The notes under the pieces were generated by a model. The model did no database searches and had not been told where the DNA came from. It worked only from the letters and a program-made list of their open reading frames with translations. Source: Macrostomum lignano (lineage: Eukaryota). From it: a stretch of 64,000 nt of DNA. A program made the translations under genes and the position numbers. The number at the start of each line of letters is the position of its first letter. Position 1 is the first letter of the stretch. Shown piece by piece: positions 1 to 8,748 of the stretch. The stretch lies in assembly GCA_002269645.1 (NCBI GenBank), contig NIVC01003209.1, positions 47,186 to 111,185 of the forward strand, written 5' to 3'.

Positions 1-415
1 TTTTGAAGTTCATGATTTTTCTATAAAATTTAGGTTTTCGGTATTCTTTATGAAGAACCTTTGCCTCATCAGAACCTAGCCCACTACCACTTAACAACAA
101 ACACTCAACACAATTATTTCCACGTTGATTGTAATTAATTCCTAAACCAAATTTAACTTTAGACTGTAGAATCTTTTTAACCATCCACCTAGTTAATCTT
201 TGGCTCACTGATAATCCTTGTAAATTATCTAATCCTTGAATCATTTTTTGATCTGCTTCATGTTTTAATTTTAATGCTTCCTCGGGTGAGTTCTTGTCAG
301 CATCTCTGTATGCTAAGTCATGATAATATGTTAGCCAATCAATACCGTTAATGGGAATTGAATCGGCTTTTGGAGTACTGTCAGGATTTAATCTCAAATC
401 CAATCGCGTCCCCGG
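1..415 (-). CDS. Exon 2 of PLA2-integrase fusion (runs off the window start)
   Basis: PGTRLDLRLNPDSTPKADSIPINGIDWLTYYHDLAYRDAD contains the PLA2 catalytic HD motif. It continues through HEADQKM and SKVKFGLG, then in frame into EAKVLHKEYRKPKFYRKIMNFK, which resembles the ELHKxxRK start of Polinton retroviral-like integrases. No stop before base 1. Confidence 0.85.
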
Positions 416-752
416 TAGTTTGCCCTCAATCTTTCGAAAGAGGCTGGAGCACACCTTAAGCGGATAAATTACCGCCCACCTCCGTCTGCTCTCTGAACCT
501 TCTCCATATCATATCAACCTATGACTTAGGAGCTTGGCTGCGCATTGACACCATCAGCCCATTGGGCTGCGGACTATGTCCGATGTCTTCAAGCTTGTTA
601 CCTTTGGGAAGAGGAGTTACCTCTGTTCCTTCAAAAGATTTCTCAATTGAAGTGGTACTTGAAGCTGTATGACGGGTTTCACGCAATTTGAAGATGTCGC
701 CACAAATAGTGACTAGCAGTAGCTTTGCTTCTACCACTCAGGCCACGGGTTA
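416..752 (-). ncRNA. Group I self-splicing intron, IC1-like, 337 nt, no internal endonuclease ORF
   Basis: P1: exon CAGGU pairs with IGS GCCUG (743-739), giving a U.G pair at the 5' splice site. P3: CAUCUUC (696-690)/GGAGGUG (483-477). P element AAAUUGCGUGAAA (689-677) and Q element AAUGCGCAGCCAAG (546-533). P5abc with GAAA tetraloop (642-639) and GGUAACAAG A-rich bulge. R element GUUCAGAGAGCAGAC (498-484). P8: GGCGG/CCGCU. S element UAAGGUGUGCUCC (458-446). P9.0: AG/CU. P9: CCUC/GAGG. Removing it restores the PLA2 reading frame. Confidence 0.92.
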
Positions 753-881
753 ACCTGTGAAGTTCATTGATGGTAGGTGTAACTCACCTGTATACCTCCC
801 AGTAGTAAAGATTGGTGGTAAGCTTGTTAATCCTTTTTGTAAGTCTAAAAATCCTCCTTCAAATACTAATTGATTGCTCAT
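753..881 (-). CDS. Exon 1 of PLA2 (parvovirus/adintovirus-type phospholipase A2)-integrase fusion
   Basis: ATG at 881 in an AAAAATG context. Translates MSNQLVFEGGFLDLQKGLTSLPPIFTTGRYTGELHLPSMNFTG, then an immediate TAA. ELHLPxxNFTG is the first half of the viral PLA2 Ca-binding loop. Absent from the supplied ORF track. Confidence 0.85.
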
Positions 882-968
882 TTTTAGTGACTAAAAAACA
901 ATTCTCTATCAATTTAATAATTTCTAAATATTGATCACCATATAAAAAATTTAAACCAAATTCCCCAC

Positions 969-1367
969 TTAACAAAGTAACACCATTATCAAATACCTTT
1001 TGTACGGGGTTTTTAGTAGTATTATTAATTTAGTATTATTAGTAATATCAAATTCGGGATTAACATATTTAAATTCTAATAACTTTTGAATATTTCTAAA
1101 TCTACTTGATGAATTATCTGTATTATCAGAAGATTTTAACTCTAACGCAATTTTTCTTTCGGTATGAATTAAATCAATTTTATTTACTTTTTCAAAACCA
1201 AAATGTTTAATAGCTAATAATTCATAAAGATATCCAAGTCTCATTTGAATTGTTTTAATACGGTTTGCAATTATTAATTCATCTTGAAATATTTTATTTA
1301 GTATTCTGTCAGAATCAACCTTATCACAAATAGGTTTACAAAGACAATCTTTTATCGTATTTTCCAT
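969..1367 (-). CDS. Putative PD-(D/E)xK (restriction-endonuclease-like) nuclease; C-terminal part of the 969-2066 ORF, probably a separate gene starting at 1367
   Basis: QMRLGYLYE...IDLIHTERKIALELKSSDNTDNSSS fits a D-x(n)-E-x-K active site and resembles the Eco47II-like ExKxxxNTxNSS motif. An internal AAAAAAATG start at 1367 follows an almost A/T-only linker. Confidence 0.55.
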   Translation of the reverse strand: MENTIKDCLCKPICDKVDSDRILNKIFQDELIIANRIKTIQMRLGYLYELLAIKHFGFEKVNKIDLIHTERKIALELKSSDNTDNSSSRFRNIQKLLEFKYVNPEFDITNNTKLIILLKTPYKRYLIMVLLC

Positions 1368-2066
1368 TTTTTTTAAAAAATTTTTAAAATTTAAATTAAT
1401 TCCTGTATGTCCTGCAGCTTTCGCAGCAGCTAAAACAAGTTTTCGCGGAGTTTTAAATCCTTCACCAACAGCTGGTTTGTTATTTATAGAATCAACAAAC
1501 CTTTTATACAAACTAGTATTTTTAGCAGCTTTCACTCCCAACTCATCATAAAAAATTTTAGCACTTACTAATTCGTCCCTACTATATAAATCAGGGTTAA
1601 ATCTTACCCTAGGGTTCATAATAATATTATATGCCCCACCCAATTCTCTATATAGCTCATTCCGATTTTTATCAATCCCACCAATTCGATAATTATCATT
1701 ACCTAAATCTGTCACAGCAATACTACGTGGCGCATCTCTTGGAAATTGTTCAACTCCGCCCCTTTCTCCAGCCCTAATCTCTGCAACTCTCAATAGTGCT
1801 TGATCAACATCATAAGTAGGCGGCTCATCCAAAATTTCATCCTCTTTTGGCTCCGTATTCTTAGCAATTTTTTCAAGAAGGTCTTTATCTGTTTTTTCTA
1901 GTTCACTAATTTTCCCCGTTATAGGATTAACAAAAAGGGCAGCAAATTTCTCACCAGCTAGCTGTATTCCTAACTTTCTTTTTTGTAAGTTTCTAACAAA
2001 ATCAGAATATCTTTGGTTCTCTTTATAAATCGCTAACTCTCCATCAACATCCATAAATTGACTCAT
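1368..2066 (-). CDS. Hypothetical Polinton/adintovirus protein (N-terminal part of the 969-2066 ORF)
   Basis: Long open frame with viral-like composition and an AAAAAATG start, head-to-head with MCP. Function not recognised with confidence. Confidence 0.6.
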
Positions 2067-2100
2067 TTTTTAACATAAAAAACTTTTTTAACTTTAAAAA

Positions 2101-3582
2101 ATGGCCGAAACAAAAACCATATGGAGTGATAAATTTCATTTCAAAAAGCATCGCCAGTATATTAATGAGATCAGGGCAAGAGATATAAATTTTACTCAAC
2201 CAACAAGCGATAATTCAAACAATTTTACTACGGGAACCATAACTTTTGACATCGGCGCAACCAACAGCATATTGGATATGAAAAATGCGTTTTTCCGCGT
2301 TAGATGGCTGTATACCAGAAATGATGGAACTGCTCTTGCAGCTGTTGATATTGCAGATCGTTCTGGTATTATTATAGAAAACGATTGGTTTTATAAATGT
2401 TTTTCACAAGCCCAACTAACAGTTAATGGAGCCGACGTTGAGACAGCATCAAACCCAGCAGAGATTAATGGAGTTTTGAAACATTTAAATTATACTTATT
2501 TATCAAAACAAGTTGGTGATAGTGTTGGATGGATGCCGGATAAGGGTAATGGACAAGCGGTAGTGTTCCCCAACGTACAAAACGCAGCTGGCGCAGATAC
2601 CGCAGCTCTTATTGCTTATCTTAATACCAATATAGTTCCAGTTGTAACTACAATGACTAACACAAAAGATATTAACACTGGTTTTATAGATCGTCAGAAT
2701 AAATTCCCAGTCGCGGTTTTAACCACAGCAACTGCATATGAACAGGACTTTTCAATCTTCCCACTATTTGGGTTCTTCTCACCAAATCGGGTATGGAAAG
2801 GATTAAAATTTGGTATTCAGTTGCAAATATCTGGTGGATATCAGCCTAGGATACTTTATGGAAATTCGATTTCAACCGATATAGCAGTTCGTATAGCTTC
2901 AATTCAATTAGCAGTACCAACTATTGAGGTAACAGCCCCACTTTTAAAACATATCAACGATCAGTTAATGCTTGATCAGGAAGTATTTTATTTGAATCGT
3001 CGGCACTTTATGCGAACTATTAATAACAATCAGGATTTTTTCCAGTGGCAGATAATGCCAACAAGCCGTCGGGTGAGATATATTTTTGTTTGGTTTAAGA
3101 TAACAAATAGAAGGAGTAAAAGAGCAAACGGGGATTTATATTGGCTTCAATCAGGAGACGTAGCAGCACAGGCAGCCACCGCAACCGACAATGCGGTTTC
3201 AGCTATTAACGAGTTTAATGTCCAGGATATTCGCCTAGTGGTTGATGATCAATATTATCCAGTTGCAAGACCTCTTAATCTAAACATAGCAAATAATAAT
3301 GTTAATGATTTTATAAAATATTATCAGGATTATGTCAAAAATGAAGCGTATGCTGTTCCTCAGTACACACCAACGGAGTTTCTAAACATTCACCCAATAG
3401 TTGTTTTTGATCTAACCGCACAGAAAGAAAATGTATCCAACGATGGTTTGAATTATATGTTGGAGATTAATAAAACCGGTAATCAGGCATTAGATGCCCA
3501 CGTGTTGTTTCTAGAGGAATTTATGTCAATTGCTAAAGCAGACGGCACCATTGTTAAGGAAGCACCCATAGATAAAAAGTAG
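2101..3582 (+). CDS. Major capsid protein (double jelly-roll, hexon-like)
   Basis: 493 aa, beta-rich. C-terminal RLVVDDQYYP and HPIVVFDLTAQKE motifs resemble Polinton/adintovirus MCPs. Lies beside the ATPase and minor capsid genes. Confidence 0.8.
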   Translation: MAETKTIWSDKFHFKKHRQYINEIRARDINFTQPTSDNSNNFTTGTITFDIGATNSILDMKNAFFRVRWLYTRNDGTALAAVDIADRSGIIIENDWFYKCFSQAQLTVNGADVETASNPAEINGVLKHLNYTYLSKQVGDSVGWMPDKGNGQAVVFPNVQNAAGADTAALIAYLNTNIVPVVTTMTNTKDINTGFIDRQNKFPVAVLTTATAYEQDFSIFPLFGFFSPNRVWKGLKFGIQLQISGGYQPRILYGNSISTDIAVRIASIQLAVPTIEVTAPLLKHINDQLMLDQEVFYLNRRHFMRTINNNQDFFQWQIMPTSRRVRYIFVWFKITNRRSKRANGDLYWLQSGDVAAQAATATDNAVSAINEFNVQDIRLVVDDQYYPVARPLNLNIANNNVNDFIKYYQDYVKNEAYAVPQYTPTEFLNIHPIVVFDLTAQKENVSNDGLNYMLEINKTGNQALDAHVLFLEEFMSIAKADGTIVKEAPIDKK

Positions 3583-3601
3583 TTAAATTATATCCTTAAA
3601 A

Positions 3602-4369
3602 ACGGTAAAAGCAAAACACGATAAGATATTTCCAAATGATCCTTTTCTTTGTTTAGTAATTGGTGGGTCTGGCAAAGGAAAAACCCACTTTGTTTATGAC
3701 GTGTTAACAACCGACGGAATGTTAGACTATAATAATTTAATAATTTATACTAACAAACCCCGAATTAAATATTATGAATTTCTTAAACATGGATTAAAAA
3801 ACAAATTAAAAAAAGATGTCTTGTTTAGAATGTTAAGAGCATATGAGCAATATGAGGATGATGACGAACCACGATTTAATCTAGCAGACATTGAGGATTT
3901 ATGTAAAACAATGGCACAAGAGCCGGAAAATAATGCTAACAACCCCCCAACTGTTAAAATATCAACCCGATTATCCTATGATCAAATTCCAGAACATGAT
4001 AAAACACTAATTATTTTTTACGATTGTATTAATGATGGCGATCAAGAATTGCAAAAAGAAATTTTTGTTAGTGGTAGAGGAGATGGAATTGGAGCATTTT
4101 ATCTTACTCAATCCTTTAGAGAATTAGAATCGATTATAAAAAAGAACGCAAGTTGTTGTGTAATGTTTGATTTAGATAACTATGATCTACAAAATATACA
4201 TGCGAGATTTAATCCTGGGTTGGATGTAAAACCATTCAAAAGCATGTGTAAAAAAATTTGGGATGATAGTCAATACAAACACATATATATCAACCCTAGG
4301 TTAGAAAGGAAAAATCGAATCTTAAAAGATCTGATACACTATAATGAGGACGAGGATGATCGGACGTAG
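3602..4369 (+). CDS. A32/FtsK-like DNA packaging ATPase; start codon appears as ACG
   Basis: The frame stays open upstream of the listed ORF and includes Walker A CLVIGGSGKGKT (3650-3685), Walker B-like LIIFYD and the GRxxxIxxFYLTQS motif. There is no in-frame ATG upstream of Walker A; AAAAACG at 3602 matches the AAAAATG context of neighbouring genes. Confidence 0.88.
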   Translation, partial: TVKAKHDKIFPNDPFLCLVIGGSGKGKTHFVYDVLTTDGMLDYNNLIIYTNKPRIKYYEFLKHGLKNKLKKDVLFRMLRAYEQYEDDDEPRFNLADIEDLCKTMAQEPENNANNPPTVKISTRLSYDQIPEHDKTLIIFYDCINDGDQELQKEIFVSGRGDGIGAFYLTQSFRELESIIKKNASCCVMFDLDNYDLQNIHARFNPGLDVKPFKSMCKKIWDDSQYKHIYINPRLERKNRILKDLIHYNEDEDDRT

Positions 4370-4414
4370 TCCGCGAGCCACTGGCACGATTAAGGTAAGT
4401 TTCCCACTATAAAA

Positions 4415-5210
4415 ATGGCTACAAATTTGGATACTATAAAACAATTGGTAGATCGAACGAGTTCAAAATTTAGTACAACCTTACAGTTTATAATGACAAG
4501 TAGTGAGCAGCGGATTCAATTGCGCGATCCGATAAAACTCGATCAAACCCTAAGTTATCAAGTTGGTTTGATACTATTTTCGGTTTTTAACATGCCCCAA
4601 TTAATTAATTCAACAAATAATCAATTTAGATATTCTAAAGATTCAGGAAGATTCAGGAGCCAATTGGACAACATTTAGCGTTAATCCGGGTGCTTATAGC
4701 TATACCGATTTGAATGCTTATATAGAGGGAGAATTAACAGCTAATGGTGATTGGGTAGCAGGCGCAATTGTTATAGGGGTTGATTTACCATCTGGTAGAT
4801 TCACACTATCCCTAGGATCCGGATATCAGGTTGATTTTACAATTGCATATTCACTCAGAACCATACTAGGATTTAATTCCCGAATAGTTACCACATCAAG
4901 CACCGGCGATACAGTGGGAAACATTGAGGGTGGAGTCAACACAATTAATATAACAACCGACATATCAAACGGTAGTTATATAACAGATGATAAAGGGGTT
5001 TTGGTTCAACGTGGGATTATTTATACAATCCCGTTTCTTGCGGTTCCAATTGGAGAGAAAATGATTGTTGCACCCCAAACCCCAATATATTATCCTTTAA
5101 ATCAATATAGCGTTCAATCAATTTATATTAGGATCGTAGACGAAAGCGATAAGTTAATAAGTTTTGGCGGACAGTCAATAACAGTAATTTTAAGAATAAA
5201 ACAGGTTTAA
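4415..5210 (+). pseudogene. Minor capsid protein (penton), frameshifted
   Basis: PIKLD..YQVGL...NNQFRYSKDSG motif. A 10-bp tandem duplication AGATTCAGGA (4639-4648, 4649-4658) breaks the frame; deleting one copy gives SKDSGANWTTFSVNPGAYSYTDLNAY and joins the two ORFs. Confidence 0.8.
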
Positions 5211-5220
5211 CACTGTAAAA

Positions 5221-5394
5221 ATGGGTAACAACACCGCTTTAAAAAAACAATCAGATAAAGTTCAAAAGGCAAAAGATAATTATGAAATAGAACTAACAAA
5301 ATTTAAACAACTTCAAGCAGAAAAAATTCGAAAGGAGTTGTTAAAACCCACGGATACTAAACTAACTAAAACCAAGAGTTTTTCAGGAACATAA
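5221..5394 (+). CDS. Small basic 57-aa viral protein (MGNNTALKK...)
   Basis: AAAAATG start and exact fit between the penton and protease genes. Gly2 could be myristoylated (inference). Confidence 0.5.
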   Translation: MGNNTALKKQSDKVQKAKDNYEIELTKFKQLQAEKIRKELLKPTDTKLTKTKSFSGT

Positions 5395-5395
5395 A

Positions 5396-5866
5396 ATGAC
5401 TATGAGTTGGGGCGAGTTCAAAAAAAGATATGGAACAGACACAACAAGCAATATTGAATTAACAAATTGGGCGAGACAATTAAAAATAAAACCATTTAGA
5501 TGCGTTATGCGGGATGAGATAAAAGACTTACCAAGATATGGATCTTTCATTGTTAATATAGAAACGACAAAAGAAAATGGTGTTCATTGGTCAGCAGTTT
5601 ATTCAAAACCTAAACTTGTTTATTTTTTTGATTCATATGCACTTCCTCCACTACAGGAAATAAAAGACAAATTTAATCATACTAAAAATCGTTTATGTGG
5701 AGATTATCACGAACAGTTTCAAACCTTTGACAAAAGTTATTGTGGACAAGCGGCGTTATATTTTTTATATCGACTTTCGAATGAAGCTCGTGTAAACCCA
5801 GAAGTATTTAAGACTATCATACAAAGTATGCGACCCTACGGGGCGATTTTAGACTCTATAAAATAG
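5396..5866 (+). CDS. Adenain-like cysteine maturation protease
   Basis: Catalytic pattern GVHW...FFDSY...Q...YCG (His-Asp-Cys with oxyanion Gln), typical of Polinton and adenovirus proteases. Confidence 0.9.
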   Translation: MTMSWGEFKKRYGTDTTSNIELTNWARQLKIKPFRCVMRDEIKDLPRYGSFIVNIETTKENGVHWSAVYSKPKLVYFFDSYALPPLQEIKDKFNHTKNRLCGDYHEQFQTFDKSYCGQAALYFLYRLSNEARVNPEVFKTIIQSMRPYGAILDSIK

Positions 5867-5876
5867 GCAGTAAAAA

Positions 5877-7860
5877 ATGTTATTTTCTGGAACACCCTCA
5901 TGGAATGGAACAACAAGTACTGGTGGTGGTACATCTGGCGGAATAAGTGTTACATTCGGAGATAACCGATATATTAATGAAGATGAAGGTTATAAAAAAA
6001 CTGAAATTGATACTAAACTAAATTTAAAACGGAATGTTGCAGATTCCTATACCAAAACTCAAATCGACGATTCATTAAATCTGAAAAGAGATATAAGTGA
6101 TTCCTATACCAAAACCGAAGTCGATAATTCATTAAATTTGAAACGCAATACAGCCGATTCCTATACCAAAACCGAAGTTGATAATTCATTAAATTTGAAA
6201 CGCAATACCGCTGATTCATATACAAAACAGAAGTTGATAATGGGTTAAATTTAAAAAGAGATATAACTGATTCTTATTCTCGAACTGATTCTGATTCGCG
6301 TTATGTTCAAACCACCGCAACCGGAACCTTAGATATGGATAACAACCGAATTATAAATGTTTCAATTACAACTAGTAATTCGGTAGTTGATAAGAACTAT
6401 GTCGATAATCAGGTTGCTAGTCGTAATGGTAATATTAATATGAATAATTTTAAATTAACAAATTTATTATTTGGGTCAGAGGACGCAGACTCGGTGACTC
6501 TAGGCCAAGTAAATGAGCGAGCTAATGCGACAGACGCCGATATTTTTGCCACACCGCTTACATCAAATACTTCAAATCCTGATGTTGTTCTTACAGCATC
6601 CGAAAATACCAACGATGCTTTTCGAGTTGGAGATGGAAGCCTTGCGACACAATGGTCACCAAATACCGGAACCACAACCAATATGGAAATTCAATTTGAA
6701 TTTTTAGGATATAATCGAAGAATAAATGAATTAAGAATTACAGGCAGCCCAACAATTGATATCCCATCTGGATGGTCGGTGCGCGCAAAAAATGCTGCTG
6801 GCGACGCATGGACGGTATTAGGAACGTCGGGATCACCAATTCAAGCAACTTCATTTGCGTTAACTAATTTAACGGTTAATTTTTGGAAATATTATAGCGT
6901 TTTATTCCCAACTGGTGGGACAGTTACGCAACCTATCGAAGTTCGCTTAATACAATTATTTGAACACCGGGTTGAAATTCAAGATCTTAATTGGCCGAAT
7001 CAAATACTTTCTGCAACCCCGCGAGCATACGTAGATCAGTTAGCAACCACAACTTCAAATGGTAGAATGTCTGCAGGTGATAAAAATAAATTGGATAATA
7101 TTCCCGCGATTGATGCTGCATTATTCGAGACAGTAATTTGCAATTGGACTGGATATCAAAATCCAACAACCGCCGGAGATATATATCCAGTTGGTTCTTT
7201 AATTGGCGACGCTTCTTATATCGATTATCAAAATGGCGCTAGAATTACTCGTGAAACCTCAGGTGTAAGTGGTGCTTTACAATTCAATTTCACACATTTT
7301 CAAAATATATCGGCGTCTTTCTTTTTCCGAGTTGCTTATTCTACAGGAGGTGGTGCAGATGCCGTTTGGTTTTATGCATATTGTCACGAACGCCCAACAA
7401 CCGAAAGTGGGGCAGGTTTAGCAACAGACGCCGGATTGATAGTTTTTGCAAGTGAGTGGCATGATAAATTTGGCCTACTTTGGAGTTCTAAAAAATCAGA
7501 CGGATCAAGCCGCGCGGATGTTAATACTGACGCGGATCAAACGGTAGACTATGCAAATATTGATAACGGCGATTGGCATTTATTTGAAATTAATATTCTT
7601 AATCAAAGGGTTTGGTATCGATTAAATTCATACAATGTTTCAACAGATGCTTATACTCTAATTGGGCAAAATGTTTTACTTATGATAGTGTGAATTGGGG
7701 AACTTTAGATAAATCTGGAACCCTTATGGGTTTTGGTGGTCGAACCGGAGGATCGGATGCTGCACATTTTATTCGTGGCGCTGCCGTTTGTGGTAGCTCA
7801 TCGTTTGGTTATGTTTTTCCATCTACTGGTTATTTAGAAAAACCACCCGTAGCAATATAG
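5877..7860 (+). pseudogene. Fibre/spike-like structural protein: 19-aa repeats, discoidin (F5/8 type C)-like domain and L-type lectin-like domain; two frameshifts
   Basis: About five SYTKTEVDNSLNLKRNTAD repeats and MDNNRIINV..VDKNYVD shaft-like motifs. ASEN..AFRVGDG..ATQWSP..WKYY is discoidin-like. GGADAVWF..DGDWH..GFGGRTGG is lectin-like. One-base loss in an A run near 6225; second frameshift near 7655. Confidence 0.65.
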
Positions 7861-7912
7861 GGTGAGGACTTCGTCCGTCCGCCTGTGGCAATATAAAATA
7901 TTTCTATATAAA

Positions 7913-8239
7913 ATGGCTTTTAGTAGAACCCCATCGATGCGGCAAAATAATGTTATTATTCCCATTCCTAAACAAGAACCGATTATAAAAACTTTTAAAT
8001 CTCATACCAAATTTTTATTTAGTACTGTGAATGTTTAGGATAATAAAAAGCTTCAAGAATTAATTAAACTATTAAAAAATCATATTATATTACAAGAGTT
8101 TTGGAAGATTGGATTTAAATGGGAGAAAAAAGAAAGAATAAGTCCGATACAATATCTATTGAGCTCAGGACAAATCCCCAAAGAGCGCGGGGAATTCATT
8201 TTGGTGCTATTAAAAATAGACGAAAATGTCAGTGTCTGA
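7913..8239 (+). pseudogene. Viral hypothetical ORF with one internal stop (TAG 8036-8038)
   Basis: AAAATG start; the frame stays open after the TAG until TGA at 8237-8239. Confidence 0.45.
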
Positions 8240-8620
8240 AGCAGATAAAAGGGAGCGGGACCATTTTAATCAGCGCAAGGGTCACATGTTAATTAATGTT
8301 GATCGAATAAATTATGATTATGATTTATATAGTAAAAAAGTAAGAAGAGTTTCAAACCATATCAGAAATATGGATTTTTTCAATATTGGTTTTGGAAGTT
8401 TATCGATGTTATGTGTAATCGTTTTAGGTATTTTACAGTCTGTTCCAACTCTTAATTTATCTCAATTATTTTTAGGTATTTCAATTGGTTCAATATCAGG
8501 TTTTGAATTAATCAGAAACTTATCAATACTTTTAGCTATTAAATTATATCTTAAAAAACGAAAGGAAAAATATAAGACCTATAAGACCCATATTATCTTT
8601 AACAAAATTTACTGCTGTAC
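8226..8620 (+). CDS. Viral membrane protein, probably truncated by unrelated downstream DNA
   Basis: Two hydrophobic segments followed by basic KKRKEKYK. Composition changes after ~8620. Confidence 0.5.
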
Positions 8621-8748
8621 CTGCCAAATCAAAAAGCCCCTCACCTCGGTATTCAACTGGGTCTCCTACCTGCAATTCATTCAGATTTTGTATATGCGTA
8701 ACGTGTGCCATTTTTGTCTATTTTTAGTAACAGAAAAAAGATTGTCTG

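Larger units (their letters stand above)
1..8620. mobile_element. Endogenous Polinton/Maverick (adintovirus-like) DNA virus, partial and decaying
   Basis: Compact AT-rich gene cluster with MCP, minor capsid, A32-like ATPase, adenain-like protease, PLA2 plus integrase N-terminus and a fibre-like gene. Most starts share an AAAATG context. pPolB and terminal inverted repeats are not seen in the window. The right boundary is approximate. Confidence 0.9.

Noticed and set aside
519-737. 72-aa ORF as an intron-encoded homing endonuclease
   Set aside because: It lies across the ribozyme core and has no LAGLIDADG, GIY-YIG, HNH or His-Cys motif; a chance ORF.
416-754. Spliceosomal GT-AG interpretation of the PLA2 interruption (ACAG|GTTAAC)
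   Set aside because: The nearby AG acceptors give a stop or an out-of-frame product. Only the group I boundaries restore NFTG-PGT.
969-2066. Single 365-aa protein
   Set aside because: An almost A/T-only linker and an internal AAAAAAATG at 1367 suggest two genes read through in one frame; a true fusion is not excluded.
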